From assembly GCF_006345805.1 (NCBI RefSeq), contig NC_042998.1:117924001-117988000 (forward strand): DNA of 64,000 bases. The letters are read 5' to 3'. The notes beneath the pieces are model-generated. The model did not search any database, was not told where the DNA came from, and worked only from the letters and a program-made list of their open reading frames with translations. The first letter of the stretch is position 1, and each line of letters opens with the position of its first letter. Shown here one piece after another: positions 39,813 to 49,651 of this stretch. Origin of the DNA: Octopus sinensis. Taxonomy: Eukaryota. The position numbers and the translations under genes were made by a program.

Positions 39813-40140
39813 CACGCAGACGGCGTCTCCAATGTCTCCTCCGCCGTTTGTGATTGTGTGGCCGGAGAAATATTATGTAGTCCTCTTCTACAAAGGAGGA
39901 ACAATAGAAAATGAAATAGGTAAAATGAGGAAGAGAAACCAATGGGAGGGACTTCGGTCCTGCATGGAGTATCCCGAGTGGCCTTCGCAGCTGGCTGCGG
40001 AGGTCCTACTCCATGACGATCGGTGCAGGTTCGTGAAATCTTTCCCGGAGGACTCCTATCAAATTATACCTGTATGCGGGGGCCTGACGACGAACGATTG
40101 CGTCAATAAAGCAAGAGCGTTCATCGGTCGGGTAACGTGA
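39733..40140 (+). CDS. Small ORF2 of unknown function, copy A (first ATG at 39832, 102 aa)
   Basis: Homologous to 42141-42554 (VLFYxGGxIE, PEWPxQ(L/V)AxE). The track start at 39733 is GTG. Confidence 0.65.
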   Translation: MQHRNLNLPWPTVKRKKRNGTPPADCNTQTASPMSPPPFVIVWPEKYYVVLFYKGGTIENEIGKMRKRNQWEGLRSCMEYPEWPSQLAAEVLLHDDRCRFVKSFPEDSYQIIPVCGGLTTNDCVNKARAFIGRVT

Positions 40141-40857
40141 ACCTGTATTTGTGTTATATTGTGATGGAGGTTTTTTGCCTCTGGAAAAACTTTTGAAATT
40201 GTGATTTGTAAAATTTGGAATTTTTGTGAAATTTTTGTATTTTTGTGAAATTTTGAAAACTTTGTAAAATTATTGAAAAAAGAACATTGTTTTAGAGAAG
40301 CGGGGGTCGGCGGGCGCTTTCGTCTTCTCCCATCACCATCTTCATTCCATCACCATCATTCATTAATGTCTATGTCCAGCCCGTAGCTACTATCTGTGTA
40401 CTGCCCTTGTGGCAAATTAAATGAAATAAAGTAGCTTTGCTAACGCACATGCGCAGTTAGTCAGTTGCTTCCTGTTCAGCGAGAGTGGACGCGAGTCAAT
40501 CAGCTCCGTCCAATTAAAGAAAAAAGACCAAAAACGGAAAGTTGTCGAGGTAAGTGATTTTGTTTATTGTGAGTTGGGCATAATTTATTGCGTGCCAATT
40601 ATTATTTCAGTAAGTTGTGTCCAACTCTGAGACAATTTCGCCTGCTCTAGGCAGCTGCCGTTTTTGTGTTCATTGAAAAAAAAAAGAAAAAACAGTGGAG
40701 GGGCGTATCCTCAGAATTCAGTACAGTTACTGTGAAAATTACCGTTGGCGGTAGCCAGTGCTGTGTTTGGGTTTGTTGAATTTATTCCCTTGTCAGAGTA
40801 CTTCGCAAGAAAAGTATAAAAATAAGCCACTATTGGATTACCTTTCGGACCCATTTT

Positions 40858-41202
40858 TGTGGAGGTTGTGTTGCATTTGCGGCGTTCCAGGTTCAACCCA
40901 GGCCGGGAGTACTGCAAGAATATTTTTGCTGTGTTTTTTCTGTTTATTAACTTTCTTTTGAACTTCATTTAACCCCCCCCCCCTTTTGTTTTTTTCTTTA
41001 TTGCGACTTTCCGTTAATTTCTTCCCTTCTGTGGAGGTTGTGTTGCATTTGCGGCGTTCCAGGTTCAACCCAGGCCGGGAGTACTGCAAGAATATTTTTG
41101 CTGTGTTTTTTCTGTTTATTAACTTTCTTTTGAACTTCATTTAACCCCCCCCCTTTTGTTTTTTTCTTTATTGCGACTTTCCGTTAATTTCTTCCCTTCT
41201 GT
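40858..41202 (+). repeat. Two 172-bp tandem units in the 5' UTR of copy B
   Basis: GTGGAGGTTGTG at 40859 and 41031; units are essentially identical and unrelated to the copy A monomer. Confidence 0.92.
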
Positions 41203-41310
41203 TGTGCTTTCTCCTTTTTGTTTTTTCAAAAATCTATCAAATTTTATTTGGACTTATGAACTTTTTTCTTCCTGCTTTTGAGTTTAATTTGAATATATTT
41301 TAAAAAAAAC

Positions 41311-42144
41311 ATGGCAATGAAAAATAACAAAATTTTGGAGTGGGAAATCATGCCACCCAAAAAGTGGTTAAAAGACCGTGAAGATAGGACGGTGGTGTTG
41401 AGAACCTACTCCAAGGCGCTTGACACCATCGCCCTATTCGAAAAGACGGCAATTGAAAAGGAGTTGGAAGAGTATTTGCCAACAATTAAATTCATTTCCA
41501 GGGGTGTCAAATATGCAACGGTGTGGTTGCTATTTGACACCCCTGAAGAGGCTTGCAAATTTGCTAGCAAACCCTTGGAGGGTAAGGAAATCTTATTCCT
41601 GCCCACGTACAAAAAAAAGAAATTGATGAAAGCTTGGATCTGCGGACTGCCACCCGACATAGAACCCGAGTGGATAGAGGAGACTATCCGCCGGGGTCTG
41701 GGTGACAGCGAAACTAAGCTCCTCAATGTAAAAGTTCTTCCTGCGGCTGCTTGGGTTGGGTCAAAAGCAATTTTGACCCTGTGGACCCAATCAGCCAATC
41801 TGGTTCTTCCAGATTTTTTGAAAATGGCCGGGTGCAGGTACCCGGTGATGCTTGAGTGTCGCCCCCCTAAGTGTCATCGGTGCTTGGAGTCCGGCCACAT
41901 AAAGAAGAACTGTCCTCGGGAACAAAATAGGATCCCGGAACAGTTAAGTAAAACCCCTCTAGAAGAGGGAACGATAACGGCCGAGAAAGCAGAGGACTCC
42001 TCAAACAGAGGCCGACAGAGGAAGGTGAGCAACAATGGCTGCTCACCAAAGGATAATAGGGATGAGGAGAGGAAGGCGAATCTTCCAGCCACGGAGGAGA
42101 CGCACCCTCCCTCAGTTGAAAAGGGAAAAAAAAGAAAAAGATGA
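41311..42144 (+). CDS. LINE ORF1/Gag-like protein (RRM-like plus CCHC), 277 aa
   Basis: Intact; KCHRCLESGHIKKNCP. Roughly two-thirds identical to the copy A ORF1 over the first ~200 aa by manual alignment. Confidence 0.85.
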   Translation: MAMKNNKILEWEIMPPKKWLKDREDRTVVLRTYSKALDTIALFEKTAIEKELEEYLPTIKFISRGVKYATVWLLFDTPEEACKFASKPLEGKEILFLPTYKKKKLMKAWICGLPPDIEPEWIEETIRRGLGDSETKLLNVKVLPAAAWVGSKAILTLWTQSANLVLPDFLKMAGCRYPVMLECRPPKCHRCLESGHIKKNCPREQNRIPEQLSKTPLEEGTITAEKAEDSSNRGRQRKVSNNGCSPKDNRDEERKANLPATEETHPPSVEKGKKRKR

Positions 42145-42554
42145 AGAAAAACGGGACATTACCGGCTGTCAGTGTAGCACCGGAATGTCCCGGAACTACG
42201 TCGGTTGGGGTTGTGCCACCGACAAGAGAAGGAATACCGTTGGCGGAAACTGTGCCGCCAACGAAAGAACTGAACGTATTGGTCCTCTTCTATAGAGGAG
42301 GAGAAATTGAAAAAGTGATGGAAGAGCACTACAAGGGAGCACCTTTAGCCTTCACACAGGACCCCGAATGGCCTCCGCAGGTAGCTGTGGAGGCCGTGGC
42401 GTTCGACGTGACGCTTGGGCTAAAGGAGCTCAATGAAGATTATAACTTGATCCCGGGCGACGCGAACTCGGAACTTGACTACGTTCTGAGGGAGGCGTGG
42501 GTGATGGTGGAGGGCGCGGGCACAAGCTATTTCGAGGACGATATGTATTATTAG
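42141..42554 (+). CDS. Small ORF2 of unknown function, copy B, 137 aa
   Basis: ATG overlaps the ORF1 stop (ATGA); homologous to the copy A ORF2. Confidence 0.7.
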   Translation: MKKNGTLPAVSVAPECPGTTSVGVVPPTREGIPLAETVPPTKELNVLVLFYRGGEIEKVMEEHYKGAPLAFTQDPEWPPQVAVEAVAFDVTLGLKELNEDYNLIPGDANSELDYVLREAWVMVEGAGTSYFEDDMYY

Positions 42555-42849
42555 TAATGGACTTAAGTCCAAAAATTGAAAAATTGTGAGAGGATTAATA
42601 CCTCGTTTTGTATTAATAATGGACTGCTAAGTCCAAAAATTGGAAAAATTGTAAGAGGTTTAATACCTCGTTTTGTGTTTATCTTTAAAAAGAACAATGT
42701 TTTAGGGAAGCGAAAGCCGGCGGGCGCATTTTGTCTTCTCCCATCCTTATCATCTTTCTTTCATTATCATTCACCTCATTAATGTCCTCGTCCAGCCCGC
42801 AAAGCTAACTTAATCTGTGTACTGCCTTTATGGCAAATGTTTTGAAATA

Positions 42850-43000
42850 AAGTAGCTTGTTTACCAACCACATGGTTCCGGGTTCAGTCCCACTGCGTGG
42901 CACCTTGAGCAAGTGTCTTCTACTATAGCCTCGGATCGACCAAAGCCTTGTGAGTGGATTTGGTAGACAGAAACTGAAAGAAGCCCGTCATATATTTGTG

Positions 43001-43040
<40 letters not shown>

Positions 43041-43255
43041 TGTGTGTCTGAGTTTGTCCCCCTAGCATTGCTTGACAACTGATGCTGGTGTGTTTATGTC
43101 CCAGTCACTTAGCCGTTCGGCAAAAGACCGATAGAATATGTACTGGACTTACAAAGAATAAGTCCCGGGGTTGAGTTGCTCGATTAAAGGCGGTGCTCTA
43201 GCATGGCCGCAGTCAAATGACTGAAACAAGTAAAAGAGTAAAAGAGTAAAGAGTA
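42850..43255 (+). mobile_element. 3' part (B box, body, tail) of the interrupted SINE
   Basis: AAGTAGCTTGTTTACCAACCACATGGTTCCGGGTTCAGTCCC... continues exactly where 37985 stops. Confidence 0.9.
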
Positions 43256-44615
43256 TACAAATATAAGTTATATGCGTTTGTGTATGTGTGTGTGTTAGCG
43301 GGTGTGTCAGTGTGTATGTTTGTCAGTGTGTGTGTGCGTGTGTGTATGTGTTTGTGTGTATGTGTATCTGTTTGTGTGTATGTGTGATGTATTTTTGTGT
43401 TAGTAGATAAACAGGAAAACGCCCAGAAATAGATTTTTCTGGTAGAATCAATAAAGTGTACATCTTTTAATTTAAGTGCATGCTATAATAGAGTTGTTTT
43501 GAAATATATAAAGGACTTTTATAAACACACGCAATTGTTTAAGAAGGAAGATAGAATATGTCATGTATAACCACGTAAGTTAATATATTTTCCGCTATTG
43601 TATGTTTTGATATTAATAGCATAATCAATTATATACTGATATTAACGCCTTTCTTCTGTACGCCTCGTATGTATATTTAACCTCTATTTAATGAAGAATG
43701 AATGCAAATCTCATTCTGATGCTATCACAGTAGGAATGTGTAGACTTTATAAGCACCATTTGAAGAAATATCTGATACTGACATCTCTATCGTCTCCAAT
43801 ATAAAATCTTTAAGCGAATTTACATGTAAAATATATGGTTATTATGTCTTATATGTCACAGGAAATACTTAGATTTTATCATTTAAACTTTACTCCGGAA
43901 CTTAAGTCTGCATGCACAAATATTTTAAATCAATTGCTTAGAAGTCATGTGAATTCACCCAACAGAGTCGAATCTATGAATACTGTAAATAAGTTGCGCA
44001 ACTTTTCTGTTCGATTATAATTTGATAATCTTGTATCAATATTGACTATCTGATTTTCGGTATTCAGTCAGTTAATTATAAAATCTATACATTTTCATCT
44101 CAAGAAACTTTTTTTTATGTAAATGATTATTCAATTGCTGCAAACGCATTTCTCTTAACGAGAGTGAAGCATAGGAAAGAAAGATACAACAAAACCAATT
44201 GAAATTTTATCTCGTTTGGCAACTTTGAATAAATGCCAGGTAGAAAATTAAGACACTCTCCTGAGTACCTATCAGCATCTTGTCTTTTCCAATATTACTA
44301 AAATTTTAAGAACCATTCTTCTTCCATTTGAAGCCAAATTTACCAACATATCACTTGTTTTTCGTAGTCATATTAAAAGTGAGCGGTTGGCTAATCTCCA
44401 AACCAGATTGGTTTTAAATTGATTTTTATTCAGAAATGTTCTCAAATACATTTTAATACCAATTAACCTGGTATTTAAAGGTGTCAAAAGCTAATAATTA
44501 TCAGATATTTCTTCTGCTAACTTATATTTTAATTTACATATTAAAACTATGATTTTTAATAACCTATTTACGTGTAAGTATATCATGTTAAATTTGGGGC
44601 ACCCTTTCTAATTAC

Positions 44616-44773
44616 CTGCTATAGAAACAACAGGAAATCCAAACTTGCCCACCATACAATTTATCAACTCAGAATGAACGTAAAGGAAAATGACATGGGA
44701 TTCGTCAATAACATCGGCAAGTACCATGATAGACGACAAATATCCCCAGAGTACTGATAAATATAGGACACTC
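44616..44773 (-). CDS. Candidate internal exon of an unidentified host gene
   Basis: tttgttcag| (or tttatcag| at 44753) ... GCAG|gtaatt; open as ...LADVIDESHVIFLYVHSELINCMVGKFGFPVVSIA. Phase-compatible with 36949-37063. Confidence 0.3.
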
Positions 44774-45679
44774 CTGAACAAAGGCATTTGTGACGAGTAT
44801 GATATCATGACCGACGCATGTGCACCATATGAACTTTCAAACATATTTCATCCGTTTCATACTGTATTATATTCCAGTAAAGTAATAGAAATGATTCATG
44901 ATCTAATTAGAAATTATTAGTATTTTCAAGAAACTTTATCTTAGCCATGGTTCACTACTATCTATTTTTTAGTTTTGTTAGTTTTTTTTTAGTTTTTTCC
45001 TAACTTGCAGTTTACATTCAGTTGAAGAATGTAACGATATTCCTATAACATAACAGCAATAATCTTGTTCTTTGTATTTTAGTGTGATAGAAAATGTTAC
45101 AACTGTTCGTACCAAGCGAATTGTCCTTAACTATATATATATACATCCAAGTATATCCCCTCCTAAAACAGTTGTAAAATGAAAATATGTTACTAGCCTT
45201 CTAACTCCCTGTTTTTCGGCCATTAAAACAGATATCGGTATGAACATAACTTAAACAACGTGTTATCATATATGAAACGTTATCACTAGAATTCGCTTCA
45301 CATACAAAAACTTAGTACACACAAGACATTAACATTATCCAATTAACGGAATAAACAAGCGCAGCAAAAAATCCAATTAATTCTCAAGCAACTTTTTTCA
45401 CAAGATGCTATATATCAAATTAATTCAATCGGCCACAAAAACACACATTAATCCATCTGTCTATTTAGATGCATACGTACAAAAACAAGACATGTTAAAT
45501 AAATTCAATTTATTTTTTTTTAAATTATGATAAATTGTTTATATAAATGAATTACGACAAATCAAAGCAATAAATCGACGTAGACCAGGCTGCAATATTA
45601 CATTGCTCACTTTCCAGCATTACGACTTCGATGTTGATCAACAGGTTGGCACATTAAGGTAATTGTGTTTATGTTTCAG

Positions 45680-46124
45680 TTTCATTCATTCTCAACTGCT
45701 TGTACGGTGCTTTATATTTGCAACCTTCCATCCAACACAATAATAGCGGTTCTGTGGCATTTTTTACATACCATGCCCATGTCCGTTCCTTCTTCACTGC
45801 CGTGTATGCAGCGTATCAACGAGGGAACTGATATGGGATTCATCTCTACCATAAAATTTGGGGCCATCCATGAATAACAAGTGCTTGACTTTTTGTTGGA
45901 GGCTATTGAATATATATCCAACCTTTGTTTTCCTCGTGTTAGTGGTATCATACACAGTACAAAGATCAGCGGGAAAAGGCAGTCCCCTTGGAAGCAGCCT
46001 CTCCTGATTTTTATCGTTCTTAAACTTCTTCCATATGCTGTCAGTTCCGTCCTCCACTTCGCCATACATTTTTCAAGCAATCGCTCAACATTCGATGCAA
46101 TACCCAATAGTTTCATAAATTCCA

Positions 46125-46155
<31 letters not shown>

Positions 46156-47030
46156 TCGGTTTTATCCACCAGGAGTTGATCCTTGGTACCTCTGCGCTTA
46201 TGCTTGCAACCATTCTGCTTATGTGGCAGGGTTCCATTTGTTTTTACTATCCCAGTCAATAATATGCAAATAAGTGACAAGCAAGAGATCGGCTCGTAAT
46301 TGTCTACCGTATTGCCTTTTTCGATGTTTTCAAGCACAACACTGTTCTACCCATTGTCAAACACTCTGGCGTTAGTTGGTCGGTACTTAACAAGGTGTTG
46401 CAGCTATTTGTGCAGGGCATTCACCAAATCTTTTGATCCAATAACCTTGAATTCCATCTGGTCCCGGGGTCTTCCAGTTGCCCCATTTTTTTTTTATTTC
46501 CTTCACTTCCCTAACGGAAATGACTAGTTCTGCCAGTTTTGGACTATTGTTTGTTTCAATTCTTGCAACCACTCAGAACCTTTGATTCTCAATGTTGTCT
46601 GGTATCAACTTTTCATTTGTACATTCTTCATTTCTTTCCTTGTAGAATCTCTTCTGATCTACCCTGAATAACCTATTCTGCTGCTATCCCTTCATTCTTT
46701 GATCGTATCTTACCATCGGTGCTTTCTTTGAAACAAGGTGCTATTTCAGTTCCTCCATTACCACTTTCAGGGCCTTTCTTACAATATCATACTTTCTTGT
46801 TCAGTATTTTTAGGTCTAACACAGAAATGTCATTCGAGAGCTTATCTAAAACCACCTGTATTTTTCTTTTCCACGATAGATCTTCTCGTTTCTCAGTTCC
46901 ATTATATTTCTTTTTCTTGACATCAATACCCATTTTCTGCTGCAGCAATTCTTGCTACATTGATCAAATTATTTGTTTCTGTGATGTCTTTTTTTTCTGA
47001 TGTATTTCAGAATTTCATTCCCATTTTTTG
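45680..47030 (-). mobile_element. Degenerate R4/Dong-type LINE (RT region)
   Basis: NWKTPGPDGIQGYW, NYEPISCL, GCFQGDCLFPL; internal (TTA)n. Confidence 0.8.
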
Positions 47031-47040
47031 TTTTTCGTTA

Positions 47041-47073
<33 letters not shown>

Positions 47074-47123
47074 TATTATTACTATTTCATTGTTGTTATT
47101 ATTATTAATGTTATTATTATTAA

Positions 47124-47165
<42 letters not shown>

Positions 47166-47189
47166 TATTATTATTATTATTATTTATTG

Positions 47190-47830
47190 TCTTTGTACAG
47201 CTTCTAGCGCTGAAGGTGTATGGTGTCAGCTGTTCTCTACCACTGAACAATGGTAACACCATCTGAAATATAAGAACAGTTCCATGCAGTGTTTTTTTCT
47301 GCAAAGGTTCCGCCCTTATTGCAGCCGCTATTTGTTCCATGTACTTCTCAAGATTTTTTACCCAATGTTCCCAGGGGTCCGACAATTATTGATACTACTA
47401 CCAACATGTTCATCGACCACAACTACTTATCGTCCCGAGCTAATCTGTCATATCTATCAACTTTTCTTACTTTCTTATCGCATACGTTGTTATCAGCTGA
47501 GTTTGCTACATCTGTGATCCAGCATCGTTTGCTTTCTTTCTCAATTAAGCCTATATCTGGCTTCATATTCTCTATCTCTTGGCCGCACTGTTTCATAAAA
47601 TCCCATAGGTGCTTTGCATTAAAATGTTCGATGATAACTTCGGGTTTATGTTCGTACCACTCCTTTGATCTTCAAGTCCATACTTGTTGCAAAGTGTCCA
47701 ATGGACAATCTTTGCTATGTTGTCATAATGTCTCTTATATTCGTGCTGAGTTAGTGGTGTTCATTGCCTGGTAATATGCCATACGGTTTCACCATTTTAT
47801 TCACAGATTCAACGTTTTCTCATGTGTTGT
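47190..47830 (-). mobile_element. R4/Dong-type RLE 3' fragment flanked by (TAA)n on both sides
   Basis: RLE-like C-terminal translation; (TTA)n tracts at 47040-47185 and 47838-47895. Confidence 0.7.
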
Positions 47831-48039
47831 CTATTATTACTATTATTATTATTGTTATTATTACTAATATTATTATTATTATTATTATTATTATTTAAGA
47901 CGTTGTACAGTATCCAATATAGTGTTGTTTATTGAAGATATTGTGTCCACTGGAAATTGTACTATCTGTCAAGTCACATCAAGGAACTTTTACAGACAGT
48001 ACTTTAAGCAGAATGGCGATATTTACAATACACCTAGAT

Positions 48040-48480
48040 TGCAAGTTACTTCTAAAGTTTTCATATATTACTTTAGGTTGGCTGGCATTGTCATCGAACC
48101 CAGTGCTGCGATGACAATTGGGGCAATCTTTATATTTGACTCGTAGCTGCCACATCTTCGTGTCTCAGTTCTCAGGTTTCCATATTTATCAGTCTTTTCT
48201 CTTTCTTTCGTGACAATTTTTTGACCGCCTGCCATAGCGATTATTAAGCACTCTTGTTTATCCCTCCTAAAGGGTACTATATCCGGACTTCTGTGCCCTA
48301 AGATCTTGCCTGTCTTGAAGTCAAAGTCCCAGAGGATTTTTGCCTTCCTCTTTTCGTCCTTTTCCTCGTGACTATACTTCCGACCTAGTAGGGAGTGAAG
48401 ATTTTGGGCTACCTGGTCGTGTCTGATAATTTTCATTATCATCTTCTTTCAATTCTGTATCCATTTCTTGCCGTGGGTCT
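48040..48480 (-). mobile_element. R4/Dong-type RLE fragment
   Basis: HDQVA...KILWDFDFKT...RSPDIV...KYGNL...IAPIVIAALG. Confidence 0.7.
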
Positions 48481-48506
48481 TCCTGACACCTATATTAATA
48501 CTAGAA

Positions 48507-48735
48507 GGCGGGGAGCTGGCAGAATCGTTAGCACGCCGAGCAGAATGCTTAGCGGCATTTCGTCCGTCTACACGTTCTAAGTTCAAATTCCGCCGAGGTC
48601 GACACTGCATTTCATTATTTCGAAGTCGATAAATTAATTTAATCTAATTGCGCACTGGGGCAGCTCTAATCGACTTCCCCACCGAAGAATTTCAGGCATT
48701 GTGCCTATAGTAAAAAGGATTATTGTTATCATTAT
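48507..48735 (+). mobile_element. tRNA-derived SINE (third family)
   Basis: GGCGGGAGCTGGCAGAATCGTTAGCACGCCG head, GTTCAAATTCCGCCGAGGTCGAC core, ATTATT tail. Confidence 0.65.
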
Positions 48736-49139
48736 AATTATTTAGCATTTGGTAGTGCAGGCAAATTTCTATTGCATCACCTCCGTGTTGATGGGATGTG
48801 TGCAGCACTGTGAGTTCTTTTCTGTTGTTAGGGGTGTGCAAACTCTTCCTGGCATTCTATTGTACCAGTTTTTTTTCTCTCGTGGTGTGGTCAAGTCTTT
48901 TTTTGTATTACTGCTTGTATTGTATTTAATGCGTTGCTTATATGAATTACTGATTGAAGCTTATATGACATCACTAGATAATTGCCGTATAGTGTGTGTC
49001 TACTTTGTTGTGTCTGATAATTTTCATTATCATCTCCTTTCACATCTATTTCTATTTCTTGCCGTGTGTCTTCTTAACACCTATATTATCATTAGAAAGC
49101 AGTGATCTGGCAGAATATTTAGCACGCCGGGAAAATTGC

Positions 49140-49610
49140 TGTTTTGTTTAAGTTGCATTATTTAATTCATGTGTCTTGCATAGGATGTGGGTTGTTCGTA
49201 GGAGGGCTATTTTTTGGACAGTGTGTAGTGTTGAAGATCCAGGTGTGGCTCCTACGCTTTTGCTCATATGTCCATTTATCATGCCCAATGTTCCCATTAT
49301 TATTGGTGTTGTTTTCCCCTTTATGCTGCACGTCTTGGACATATCAGTTTCGAGATCTTTGTACTTTGACATTTTGCCATTTCTTTTTGGACAATATTTT
49401 GATCAGAAGGGACTCCAATATCTATCATTTAGCAGGGTTTTTATCCCAATCTTTGATTATTGTGTGAAGGCGGTTAGTTTTTATTTCTTTGTTGGTTCGA
49501 ACCGGCATATCCCTGAGGATTGTGATCTGGTGGTTGTCTAGAACTTTGTTCGGCACATATTTATATAATCTGTTATCAGCTTTAAAGTCCAATGGATATA
49601 ACTACTTACT
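49140..49610 (-). mobile_element. R4/Dong-type RLE fragment
   Basis: SKYKDLE...TTPIIMGTLG...QKIALL. Confidence 0.65.
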
Positions 49611-49618
49611 CGGTCGTA

Positions 49619-49651
<33 letters not shown>

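Larger units (their letters stand above)
37986..40428 (+). mobile_element. ORF1-only (RT-less) Tx1/L1-like retroelement, copy A
   Basis: Bounded by AAGTAGCTT(T)GCT duplications; 5' tandem monomers, ORF1, small ORF2, 3' stem-loop, AATAAA end; no RT or EN. Confidence 0.8.
40441..42849 (+). mobile_element. ORF1-only Tx1/L1-like retroelement, copy B
   Basis: Same architecture as copy A; directly follows the middle target duplication. Confidence 0.8.

Noticed and set aside
40711-41140. Two minus ORFs with identical N-termini (MKFKRKLINRK...)
   Set aside because: By-product of the 172-bp tandem duplication.
39242-41798. Antisense ORFs inside both ORF1s sharing ADWVHRVK
   Set aside because: Similarity is explained by conservation of the sense strand; no independent evidence.
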